Origin: Methylorubrum extorquens
GTDB taxonomy: Bacteria; Pseudomonadota; Alphaproteobacteria; Rhizobiales; Beijerinckiaceae
Direction of reading: 5' to 3'
NCBI GenBank assembly: GCA_900234795.1
Contig: LT962688.1
Location: 330,001-362,000 of the forward strand
DNA length: 32,000 bases
Shown piece by piece: positions 19,216 through 27,253 of the stretch (the first letter of the stretch is position 1; each line of letters starts with the position of its first letter). A program made the translations under genes and the position numbers. A model generated the notes under the pieces. The model was not told where the DNA came from. It was given only the letters and a program-made list of their open reading frames with translations, and did not search any database.

Positions 19216-20720
19216 GCGCCGGGATCGGCCGATGGGTTGGCGAGGGCGCGCCCGAGCCGCGCGACATCCGCCCGGCCGCTCCTGAGCCCGAGCTTCGAGC
19301 GCCGCCACAGAATGTCGTCGGGCGTACGCGCCCATTCGTGCCGCACGAGGTAATCGACCTCGCGCGCGCTGAGATCGCCGCCGAAGGTCTCGCCGAGATC
19401 GGACAGCGCCTGCGCATCGCCGAGCAGATGCTCCAAGCGAGTGCCGTAGGCGCGGGCGAGCCGGCGGGCGGTCGCCGCCGGGAGGAAGGGACGCTCCGCC
19501 ACGAGCCTCGCCAGGAACCTCTCGAAATCCGCCCCGTCCATGTCGCCGCCGGGCAGGGGGGCGGTTCCGGTCCAGGGCGGCTTCAGGCCGGGCAGGTGCG
19601 GTCCCAGCCGGTCGAGGGCGTGCTCGGCGAGCCGGCGATAGGTCGTGATCTTGCCCCCGAACACGGAGAGGACCGGAGGACCGTCGGTGTCGAGTTCGAG
19701 CACGTAGTCGCGGGTGACCGCCGAGGCGTTCGCCGCCGCGTCGTCATCGTAGAGCGGTCTCAGCCCCGAGAAGCTCCAGACCACGTCGTCCGGGCCGATC
19801 TGCCGCTCGAACGAGCGGTTGATGCAGGCGCAGAGATAGCGTGTCTCCTGGGCCGAGATGACGACCGGGCCAGGGCCGCCCTCATGCGCCACATCCGTGG
19901 TGCCGATCAGGGTGAAATCGCGCTCGTAGGGGATGGCGAAGACGATGCGCCGGTCGGGCTGCTGCAGGATGTAGGCCTGATCGCCCTCGTAGAGCCGCCG
20001 GACGACGATGTGGCTCCCCTTGACGAGGCGCACCTTCGGCCGGGCTTCGACGGAGAGCGTTCGCAGCAGGGTCTCGCCGACCCACGGTCCGGCGGCGTTG
20101 ACGACGACCCGCGCCCGCACGCTCTCCCGCCGCCGTTTGTCGGAATCGTAGAGTGTGACGGTCCAGGCGCCTTCGTCGCGACGGGCGGATTCGACGGCGG
20201 TCCGGGTGCGGATCTGCGCACCGCGCTCGGCGGCGTCGAGCGCGTTCAGCACGACGAGGCGGCTGTCCTCGACCCAGCAATCGGAATAGGCGAAGCCCCG
20301 CGTCAGCCGCTTCTGAAGCGGCGCGCCGGCCGCATCGCGATCGAGGCGCAGCGATGTCGAACCCGGCAGCGTCTTGAGGCGGGTGAGGTGATCGTAGAGA
20401 AACAGCCCGAGCCGCAGCATCCAGGCCGGCCGCAGCCCGGCGTCGTACGGCAGGACGAAGCGCAGGGGCCAGACGATGTGAGGTGCGAGCCGCATCAGCC
20501 GCTCACGCTCGGCCAGCGCCTCGCGCACGAGCCGGAACTCGTATTGTTCGAGGTAGCGCAGGCCGCCATGGATCAGTTTGGTCGAGGCCGACGAAGTGTG
20601 TTCGGCCAGATCGCCCCGCTCGCACAGCAGCACGCGCAAGCCCCGGCCGGCGGCATCACGGGCGATGCCGGCGCCGTTGATGCCGCCGCCGATGACGAGG
20701 AGGTCGAACGGGTCGCTCAC
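19203..20720 (-). CDS. glpD: FAD-dependent aerobic glycerol-3-phosphate dehydrogenase
   Basis: A GTG start at 20720 gives 505 aa. The product has the dinucleotide fold DLLVIGGGINGAGIARDAAGRG and the motif SSASTKLIHGGLRYLE. The upstream part of the 649-aa ORF is Arg/Pro-rich junk. Confidence 0.93.
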   Translation of the reverse strand: MSDPFDLLVIGGGINGAGIARDAAGRGLRVLLCERGDLAEHTSSASTKLIHGGLRYLEQYEFRLVREALAERERLMRLAPHIVWPLRFVLPYDAGLRPAWMLRLGLFLYDHLTRLKTLPGSTSLRLDRDAAGAPLQKRLTRGFAYSDCWVEDSRLVVLNALDAAERGAQIRTRTAVESARRDEGAWTVTLYDSDKRRRESVRARVVVNAAGPWVGETLLRTLSVEARPKVRLVKGSHIVVRRLYEGDQAYILQQPDRRIVFAIPYERDFTLIGTTDVAHEGGPGPVVISAQETRYLCACINRSFERQIGPDDVVWSFSGLRPLYDDDAAANASAVTRDYVLELDTDGPPVLSVFGGKITTYRRLAEHALDRLGPHLPGLKPPWTGTAPLPGGDMDGADFERFLARLVAERPFLPAATARRLARAYGTRLEHLLGDAQALSDLGETFGGDLSAREVDYLVRHEWARTPDDILWRRSKLGLRSGRADVARLGRALANPSADPGAQRP

Positions 20721-21019
20721 AGGCGGACCAGTCCGCTGACACTGACGACGATCCCGACGAGCACGATGGCCCCGAGGCAGCGCCGCCACGGATTGACTCC
20801 GCGGACGATCTCGTCGAGCGCCCAGACGGTGAGGCTCAGGAGTGCGACGATGCGAAGGCCCGCGAAGACCGGAGCCGGCAGGCCGGGCATCGCCGCCTCG
20901 AGCAGCCATTCCAAGCCTGAGGCCGCGGCGAAGATCCAGAGCGGTAGGTTCGGCCATTGGCCGATCACGACGGCGCCGCTGCGCCGGTCGCGGAAGAACC
21001 AGTCGAAGACCCGGCGCAA
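20717..21019 (-). CDS. Small polytopic membrane protein (about 100 aa); its stop overlaps the glpD start
   Basis: The C-terminal half of the 199-aa ORF is protein-like (VFDWFFRDRRSGAVVIGQWPNLPLWIFAAASGLEWLL...). The proposed TTG start at 21019 has a GAGG SD 6-9 nt upstream. The TGA (20717-20719) overlaps the glpD GTG (20718-20720). The start codon is uncertain. Confidence 0.5.
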   Translation of the reverse strand: MRRVFDWFFRDRRSGAVVIGQWPNLPLWIFAAASGLEWLLEAAMPGLPAPVFAGLRIVALLSLTVWALDEIVRGVNPWRRCLGAIVLVGIVVSVSGLVRL

Positions 21020-21027
21020 GCGGGGCC

Positions 21028-21258
21028 TCAGATCGCGCTCGTGCCTCGGGCGGCCCGGATCGGCTCGCAGATCTTCGGGCTGATCCGGTCGAGATGCGGG
21101 CAGGCATTGGTCTGGTACCAGCCGCGCAATTCGGGCTGGTTCGGCGCGACATACATGGCCGTGAGCACGAAGCCGCCTGCGAGCACGATCAGAAGCAGGA
21201 GAAGGTTGCGCAAGGGAGGTCTCCAATCCGACGAGCCTCGGAGCGGAGGCCGGTTCAT
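21028..21258 (-). CDS. Small membrane-anchored protein (76 aa) with two Cys in the extracytoplasmic tail
   Basis: GC3 is moderate to high. One TM helix is present (LLLLLIVLAGGFVLTAMYV), followed by WYQTNACPHLDRISPKIC. An alternative TTG start at 21213 has a GGAG SD. Confidence 0.45.
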   Translation of the reverse strand: MNRPPLRGSSDWRPPLRNLLLLLIVLAGGFVLTAMYVAPNQPELRGWYQTNACPHLDRISPKICEPIRAARGTSAI

Positions 21259-21312
21259 CGCGGCAGACGCGCGAAGGCCGGGAGAGTTCCCTGGCCGCCC
21301 TCCGCAGCGCCG

Positions 21313-21522
21313 TCATCGATGGCTGTCATCCAGCGTCAGAGGCCGGGTGTGAGTCAACGGCCCCTGTGAGCCGGGCAGGAGCCCGAGATCCTGAAGCCAG
21401 AGCATGGCGAGCAGGGCCGCGATCAGGCTGCCCAGCCCCATGAGAAGGGTGAGGTGGCGCCGCCGGACGATGATGAGGATCACCACAACGAGGAGGGCGA
21501 GCGAGAGCGCGAGCGTCAGCAT
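21313..21522 (-). CDS. Small two-TM membrane protein (69 aa)
   Basis: GC3 is high. Two hydrophobic helices are separated by RRRH. It is the first ORF of the apparent small-ORF/glpD transcription unit. Confidence 0.5.
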   Translation of the reverse strand: MLTLALSLALLVVVILIIVRRRHLTLLMGLGSLIAALLAMLWLQDLGLLPGSQGPLTHTRPLTLDDSHR

Positions 21523-21848
21523 GAGCGTCCTTCTACGACGATCCGAACCCCGGCGTCCCCTAGCTTGATGCGACCGGGAAAGTCGCCCTGGGCAGCGCCT
21601 GTCAACAGTCCAGACCCGGCCGTCAAAGTGCAGAGACGTGGATGACCGGACAAGATACGGACCAAATCTGCTTTTCCCTCATGTCATCGAAACTTCACTG
21701 AACCTCTCCACTGAGCAGCATTTGTAAGCCTGGCGTTGGGTCGGTCGATGGGTGGACGCCGCTGCGCAACCGGCCGCAGCAGGGTCCGAGACCGTACGGC
21801 CCCGCGCCCGGCATCAGCGAAGTCCGCAGTCGATTCCTTCGAGGTTCA

Positions 21849-23489
21849 ATGTCAGACGCGCTCAGCCTGCAGGACGGGGGTTCGGCACCGACCGAAGCCC
21901 GCTCGCCACGGGGCCCGAATCTCGATGGCCGGATGCATCCGGCCGGAATCGGCCTCTTCTTGCTCGTTCTGGTGGGAGGGCTCGGCTACGCGCTCTTCAA
22001 CCTGATCACGGACATGCAGGCCGCCGGCCAGCCGCCGCTGGCGATCGGCGCCTTCGCGCTTCTCGGCCTCGCGCTGCTCATCGCTCTCGGCTTCGAGTTC
22101 GTGAACGGCTTCCACGACACCGCCAACGCCGTCGCGACGGTGATCTATACCCACAGCCTGCCACCGGTCGTCGCCGTGGTCTATTCCGGTGTCTTCAACT
22201 TTCTCGGCGTCCTCGTCTCGACCGGTGCCGTCGCCTACAGCGTCGTCACCTTGCTGCCCGTGGAACTGGTGCTGAAGTCCGGCTCGTCCGCCGGTTACGC
22301 GATGATCTTCGCGCTGCTCATCGCCGCGATCATCTGGAACCTGGGGACATGGGCGCTCGGCCTGCCGAACTCGTCTTCGCACGCGCTGATCGGATCGGTT
22401 CTCGGCGTGGGCCTTGCCAACCAGCTCCTCGCCGCCGAAGGCTCGGGCACCTCCGGCGTCCAGTGGAATCAGGCGTGGAGCGTGCTGCGGGCCCTGCTGT
22501 TCAGCCCCCTCGTCGGCTTCGTCATGGCGGCCCTGCTGCTGCTGACGATGCGGTTCGTGATCCGCAACCGCACTCTCTACCAAGAGCCGGAGGGCGACAC
22601 GCCGCCCCCGCTCTGGATCCGCGCCCTGCTGATCCTCACCTGCGGCGGCGTCTCCTTCGCCCATGGCGGCAATGACGGGCAGAAGGGCATGGGCCTGATC
22701 ATGCTGATCCTGATCGGCGCCGCGCCCACCGCCTACGCGCTCAACCGCACCATGTCGGAATCGGCAACGCCGCATTTCGTGCAAGTCTCGGAGCGCGCCC
22801 GGACGGTGTTCCAGAACCGGGCGGACCAAGCCCCGATGCCGAGCCCGGCTGAGGGGCGCGTGCAGATCACCGAGGCGCTGGGGAAGAAGGACCTCGACCG
22901 GCCGGAGACCTATGCGGCCCTGGCCGCCCTCTCGGACGACATCGCCACGAAGGTGAAGGAGTACGGCGCGATCCGCCACGTTCCGGCAGAGGCGACGCCG
23001 AACCTGCGCAACGACATGTACCTCGCCTCGGACGCGATCCACAGCCTGAAGAAGCACGAGGGGCTCTTCGTCGGCGAGGAGGCCGAGACGTTGAAGGCTT
23101 ATGAGACGAGCCTGAACGACGGCACCCGCTACATTCCGACCTGGGTGAAGGTCTCGGTCGCCCTGGCGCTCGGCCTCGGCACGATGGTGGGCTGGAAGCG
23201 TATCGTCGTCACCGTCGGCAGCCGCATCGGCAAGAAGCACCTGACCTACGCACAAGGGGCGTCCGCCGAGATTACGGCCGCGGGCACGATCGGCCTCGCG
23301 GAAGCCTACGGCCTGCCGGTCTCGACCACTCACATCCTGTCGAGCGGCGTCGCCGGCACCATGGCCGCCAACGGCTCGGGCCTGCAATGGGCCACCGTGC
23401 GCAACCTCGCCGCCGCGTGGCTGCTGACCCTGCCGGCGGCGATCACCCTGGCCGGGCTGCTCTATGCCGGCCTGCGGTTCGTGTTCTGA
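21849..23489 (+). CDS. pit: Inorganic phosphate transporter, PiT (PHO4) family
   Basis: Duplicated PiT signatures are present (GFHDTANAVATVIY and FAHGGNDGQKGMG) with a large central hydrophilic loop. A GAGG lies 4 nt upstream of ATG 21849; ATG 21933 is an alternative start. Confidence 0.9.
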   Translation: MSDALSLQDGGSAPTEARSPRGPNLDGRMHPAGIGLFLLVLVGGLGYALFNLITDMQAAGQPPLAIGAFALLGLALLIALGFEFVNGFHDTANAVATVIYTHSLPPVVAVVYSGVFNFLGVLVSTGAVAYSVVTLLPVELVLKSGSSAGYAMIFALLIAAIIWNLGTWALGLPNSSSHALIGSVLGVGLANQLLAAEGSGTSGVQWNQAWSVLRALLFSPLVGFVMAALLLLTMRFVIRNRTLYQEPEGDTPPPLWIRALLILTCGGVSFAHGGNDGQKGMGLIMLILIGAAPTAYALNRTMSESATPHFVQVSERARTVFQNRADQAPMPSPAEGRVQITEALGKKDLDRPETYAALAALSDDIATKVKEYGAIRHVPAEATPNLRNDMYLASDAIHSLKKHEGLFVGEEAETLKAYETSLNDGTRYIPTWVKVSVALALGLGTMVGWKRIVVTVGSRIGKKHLTYAQGASAEITAAGTIGLAEAYGLPVSTTHILSSGVAGTMAANGSGLQWATVRNLAAAWLLTLPAAITLAGLLYAGLRFVF

Positions 23490-23525
23490 TACGGTCGCCG
23501 CTTGATGAAAGCGGGGACCGTATCA
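23487..23525. terminator. Long hairpin (16 of 17 bp paired, loop GATGA) starting in the pit stop codon
   Basis: TGATACGGTCGCCGCTT-GATGA-AAGCGGGGACCGTATCA was paired by hand. It lies in the convergent pit/glcE intergenic region and has no U-tract. Confidence 0.5.
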
Positions 23526-23553
23526 GCAAGCCCGCGCGGCGCCTGAGCGAAGC

Positions 23554-23590
23554 CCAAATCCGCCATCCCGAAGGGATCAAACGGATTTGG
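23554..23590. terminator. Two-tier hairpin: outer stem CCAAATCCG/CGGATTTGG (9 bp), inner stem ATCCC-GAA-GGGAT
   Basis: Read directly from the sequence. It lies 19 nt downstream of the glcE stop on the minus strand and has no U-tract. Confidence 0.45.
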
Positions 23591-23608
23591 TATGAGGCGA
23601 ACCGAGGG

Positions 23609-24799
23609 TCAAACGCCTGCGTACATCCGGCCGGGGTTGAAGATCCCGGCCGGATCGTGCGCGGCCTTGATACCGGCGCTGATGCGCATCAGCGGCTCGG
23701 GCAGCGGCTCGAAAACGGGGACGGCGGCGCGCAGGGTCTCGGGCGCACGCACCAGGGTCGCGTGCCCGCTGCCGGCGGCCTTCACCGCGGCGCGGATCAC
23801 CGCGGCGCCGGCATCGTCGGACGCATCGGTGGCGAGCCAGATCAGGCCGCCACCCCAATCGTAGAACCAGCGCGCGGGACGCTCGGCCGCGATCGCCGCG
23901 GTGACCGCCGGCCCGCGGGTCGGAGCGGTGGAGATGCGCCAGATCGCGGCCTCGCGCGGCTCGGCGAGCGGGGTCGCGTCGCGCACGGCGCGCCAGAGCG
24001 CGGCGCTCTCGTCACCCTCGACGACCTGCGCCGCGCCGTAGCGGCGCAGCAGGCGGCGCAGTTCGCCGAGGCGGTAATCGACCGATTTGGCGAAGCCTTC
24101 GACGCGCATCAGCGTGCGCGGCTCCGACCCACCGATACCGGCAGGCCAGTGCGCGGCGCCGGTCAGCTCGAACGGCGAGCCGAGAGCGGTGGCGAGCGCC
24201 TCGACCGCGGCAGCGTCGGAAAGGCCCGGCAGCACGAGGGTCGCGACCTGCTCCTGCACCGGCAGCACCTTGAAGGTGACCTCCGTCAGCAGGCCGAGCG
24301 TGCCCCAGGAGCCGGCCATCAGCTTCACGAGGTCGAGGCCGGTGACGTTCTTCATCACCCGCCCGCCGGACTTGATCGGCTGGCCGCGTCCGTTGACGAA
24401 GCGCACGCCGATCAGGCTGTCGCGGGCCGCGCCCGCATTGATGCGGCGGGGGCCGGAATTGTTGGCCGCCGCCACCGCTCCGAAGGTCGGCTCGCCGGTG
24501 GAGCCGAGGAGCGGGCGGTGATCCATCGGCTCGAACGGCAGCATCTGCCCGCGCCCGGCCAGCAGCGCCTCGACTTCGGCGAGCGGCGTGCCGGCCCGCG
24601 CGGCGACCACCATCTCGGCCGGCTCGTAGAGGGTGATGCCGGTGAGCCCCGTCACGGCGAGCGTCGCCTCATCCTGCGGCGGGCGGCCGAGCGCCGCCTT
24701 GGTGCCGCCGCCGACGAGACGCAGCGGTTCCGACCGGCCGGCGGCCTGCGCCACGATGTCAGCCGCCTCCTGCTCGCTCGCCGGCGCGTATGAGGTCAT
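23609..24799 (-). CDS. glcE: Glycolate oxidase FAD-binding subunit GlcE
   Basis: The product is collinear with E. coli GlcE as I recall it (LYEPAEMVVAARAGTPLAEVEALLAGRGQMLPFEP...GPRR...GGRVMKNVTGLDLVKLMAGSWGTLGLLTEVTFKVLP). It has a PCMH-type FAD-binding domain. Confidence 0.85.
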   Translation of the reverse strand: MTSYAPASEQEAADIVAQAAGRSEPLRLVGGGTKAALGRPPQDEATLAVTGLTGITLYEPAEMVVAARAGTPLAEVEALLAGRGQMLPFEPMDHRPLLGSTGEPTFGAVAAANNSGPRRINAGAARDSLIGVRFVNGRGQPIKSGGRVMKNVTGLDLVKLMAGSWGTLGLLTEVTFKVLPVQEQVATLVLPGLSDAAAVEALATALGSPFELTGAAHWPAGIGGSEPRTLMRVEGFAKSVDYRLGELRRLLRRYGAAQVVEGDESAALWRAVRDATPLAEPREAAIWRISTAPTRGPAVTAAIAAERPARWFYDWGGGLIWLATDASDDAGAAVIRAAVKAAGSGHATLVRAPETLRAAVPVFEPLPEPLMRISAGIKAAHDPAGIFNPGRMYAGV

Positions 24800-24873
24800 C
24801 GTTTCCGTCCCGTGGGATTTTTCTGGAGCTTCGAGAAGCTTCCGGACTCAAACCCCGTTTGGCCGGAGGTGGC

Positions 24874-24926
24874 AAGCCGAGACTGCGCGAAGCCGACTTT
24901 GGGCCAAGCCGACCTTGGGCCAAGCC
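24874..24926. repeat. 16-bp tandem repeat with two near-identical units (AAGCCGACYTTGGGCC), a partial third unit and a degenerate in-register unit upstream
   Basis: Units at 24890-24905 and 24906-24921 differ at one base. AAGCC at 24922-24926 starts a third unit. The segment 24874-24889 matches 11 of 16 positions. Each full unit contains TTGGGCCAA, a 9-bp palindrome around a central base. Confidence 0.85.
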
Positions 24927-24931
24927 CGCGC

Positions 24932-26392
24932 CTACCGCGCAGCGGCCGGCAGCCGCTTCGGGAAACGCTGGCGCACGGCGCTGCGCAGGCCGGCGATGTC
25001 GAGGAACCAGACGAGGGCCCCGTAGACGAGCATTCCGGCCGCGATGCAGGCGGGCAGGGCGAGCGCCGGCTCCAGGCCGCGGAACGGCAGCACGGCCAGA
25101 ACCATGGCAAGGCAGGCGGCGGCGGTGAGGGCGAGGTCGCGGCCCGGCAGGCGCAGGCGCTCGATCCCCGTGAGCGCCCGCAGGCCCAGCACGGCGACCG
25201 CCGCGACGAGGCCCAAGGTCTGCGCGACAGCGACGCCCTGCGGTCCCATCATCCGCGGCAGCAAGACGAGGCCGACGGCGTTGACGGCCAGCCCGATGAG
25301 CGCGGCGGCGACCACCGGGCTCGTCCGGCGTCGGATCTGGAAGATGGGATTGAGGGCGAAGTTCATGATCGAGAGGCAGAACAGGCCCGGGATCAGCAGG
25401 TCGGTGTAGTCCGCGAACGGCCCGCGAAACTCCTCCGGCACGATCAGCGCCTGGAGGGCCGGCGTCACGGCCCAGTAGCCGGCGGCGCAGGGGAGAAGCA
25501 GCGCCACCACGATGGCGATGTTGCGCGCAACCTGGGTCTCGGCGGCCTCGCGGCCGTGATGCTCCTCGGCCTGTACGGCGATCTGGAACAGCAGGAGGTC
25601 GAGCGCGGCCCCGAGCGTCGAGAAGGCCCGCGAGCCGAGATCGGCGGCGAGCGCGAAATAGCCGGCCTCGGCAAAGCCGGCGGTGCCGGCGATGGCGGCG
25701 CGGTTGAGGAAGGGCATGAGCTGATAGACGGCGTTGGCCGCGATCAAGGGCAGGCCGTAGGCCGCGAACAGGCGCAGAGTCTCACGGGCTCGGCCGTGGG
25801 GCAGGGCGGGCGCGTGCCCCAGAAGCCCGTCGCCCAGGATCTTGCGCATCGGCAGCACCGCCAGGAACTGGCTCAAGCCCCCTGCGATCAGCACCCAGAC
25901 CGGCTGCGGAAACAGCCATGCCGTGCCGGCCATCAGCACGAAGGCCAGGACGTTCTTCCACACCACGAGCCGGAGATAGGCGCTGCCGATGAAGCGGGCG
26001 CGGGCGAGGGCCGCGTGATAGTCGAACAGCCCGATGCCGATGGCCGCGACCATGGTGCCGGCGGTCATGACCAGACGTCCCTCGGGGGTCGGATTGACCG
26101 CGATCCCGAGCCCGGCGCAGAGGGCGGCCGTGGCAAACAGCGCCAGCGCGATGACCCAGTAAGCCCGGTCGAGCCCCTGGCGGATCCACGGCTCGGCCTC
26201 GCGCACCCGCGCCGAGTAGAACCGCGTCGCCGAGAGCCGCAGCCACTCGAACAGGATCGTGTTGAGCACGACCGCGCCGGCCGTCGCCAGGGCGAACCGG
26301 CCGAAATCGGCCGGCCCCAGCATTCGGGCGATGGCGATGCCGAGGATGAAGTTCAGCCCGGCATTGAGGACGAAGGCGGCGATGACGGCCAT
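24932..26392 (-). CDS. Polysaccharide biosynthesis / oligosaccharide flippase, MOP (Wzx-like) superfamily
   Basis: The 486-aa product has about 12-14 TM helices. The N-terminal context IARMLGPADFGRFALA is typical of the Polysacc_synt family. An in-frame stop lies just upstream of ATG 26392. Confidence 0.78.
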   Translation of the reverse strand: MAVIAAFVLNAGLNFILGIAIARMLGPADFGRFALATAGAVVLNTILFEWLRLSATRFYSARVREAEPWIRQGLDRAYWVIALALFATAALCAGLGIAVNPTPEGRLVMTAGTMVAAIGIGLFDYHAALARARFIGSAYLRLVVWKNVLAFVLMAGTAWLFPQPVWVLIAGGLSQFLAVLPMRKILGDGLLGHAPALPHGRARETLRLFAAYGLPLIAANAVYQLMPFLNRAAIAGTAGFAEAGYFALAADLGSRAFSTLGAALDLLLFQIAVQAEEHHGREAAETQVARNIAIVVALLLPCAAGYWAVTPALQALIVPEEFRGPFADYTDLLIPGLFCLSIMNFALNPIFQIRRRTSPVVAAALIGLAVNAVGLVLLPRMMGPQGVAVAQTLGLVAAVAVLGLRALTGIERLRLPGRDLALTAAACLAMVLAVLPFRGLEPALALPACIAAGMLVYGALVWFLDIAGLRSAVRQRFPKRLPAAAR

Positions 26393-26568
26393 GGGACGGG
26401 GTGCGCTGCTCGCTCAGCCTAGAGCCTGAGGACGAGACTCGCAGCTAGCCGCCAACAAAGCCTGAATTGTGGGGCGCCGACGTGACCGCCCTTCACTGCC
26501 TGCGGGCCCGCCGCCGGGCGGAAGCCGGAGCCGTGCTATGGGTCCGGGGCTCGAAACCGGGATTCGCA

Positions 26569-27210
26569 ATGTCTGTCGATCTGTCCTTCGTCACGAAGGT
26601 CTTCGCCGCGTTGTTCGCCATCATGAACCCAATCGCGAATGTGCCGGTGTTCCTTTCCCTCACCGATGGCGCGTCCGACGCCGTGCGGCGGCACGTTGCG
26701 GTCAAGGCCGCTGTCGGGACCACGATCGGTTGACTCGTCTCGATCGTGGCCGGGCAGGCCGTCCTGGATGCCTTCGGACTCAGCGTCGACGACTTCCGTC
26801 TGGCGGGCGGGCTCATCGTCCTGACGATTGCGCTCTCCATGCTTCAGGGCTCGTCGAGCCAGACGCATGGCCGTAGCCCCAAGGAGAAGGAAGACCAGAT
26901 CGATGCGGACAGCGTCGCCATCTACCCACTGACCATCCCCCTGCTCGTCGGTCCGGGGACGATCGCGACGCTCATCGTGTTCGGCCAAACCGCCAAGGCG
27001 CAGGCCAAATGGCCGGAACTCGCGCTCGGTGTCGGCGCCTTTCTCACGCTTCTGACGGTCGCGCTGCTCTCGGCCCCCTGGCTCGGCCACCGTCTGTCCG
27101 CCACGGCCACCGCGATCACGCGCCGCCTGATGGGCATGATCCTGGCCGCGGTTGCGATGGAGATGATCGTGACAAGCCTGCGGAACCTCTTTCCCGGCCT
27201 CAGCCATTGA
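26569..27210 (+). pseudogene. marC: MarC-family (UPF0056) membrane protein gene interrupted by an in-frame TGA at 26731-26733
   Basis: ORFs 26467-26733 and 26746-27210 are in the same frame. Read through, they give a roughly 212-aa MarC-like protein (FAIMNPIANVPVFLSLT ... AGQAVLDAFGLSVDDFRLAGGLIVL ... YPLTIPLLVGPGTIAT). The stop falls inside predicted TM2. Confidence 0.8.
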
Positions 27211-27231
27211 GCCGCAGAGAGCGCTCCAGAC

Positions 27232-27253
27232 GGCGGCGTTTCTCGACGCCGCC
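27232..27253. terminator. 8-bp hairpin GGCGGCGT-TTCTCG-ACGCCGCC between convergent marC and corA
   Basis: Read directly from the sequence. The 3' arm abuts the corA stop codon (TAA, 27254-27256), and only TT follows on the plus strand. Confidence 0.4.

Noticed and set aside
26731-26733. The in-frame TGA in marC read as selenocysteine or programmed readthrough.
   Set aside because: The codon lies inside a TM helix of a transporter family not known to use Sec. Only a trivial 4-bp GGCC/GGCC stem follows, with no SECIS-like hairpin. A nonsense mutation or sequencing error is the simpler explanation.
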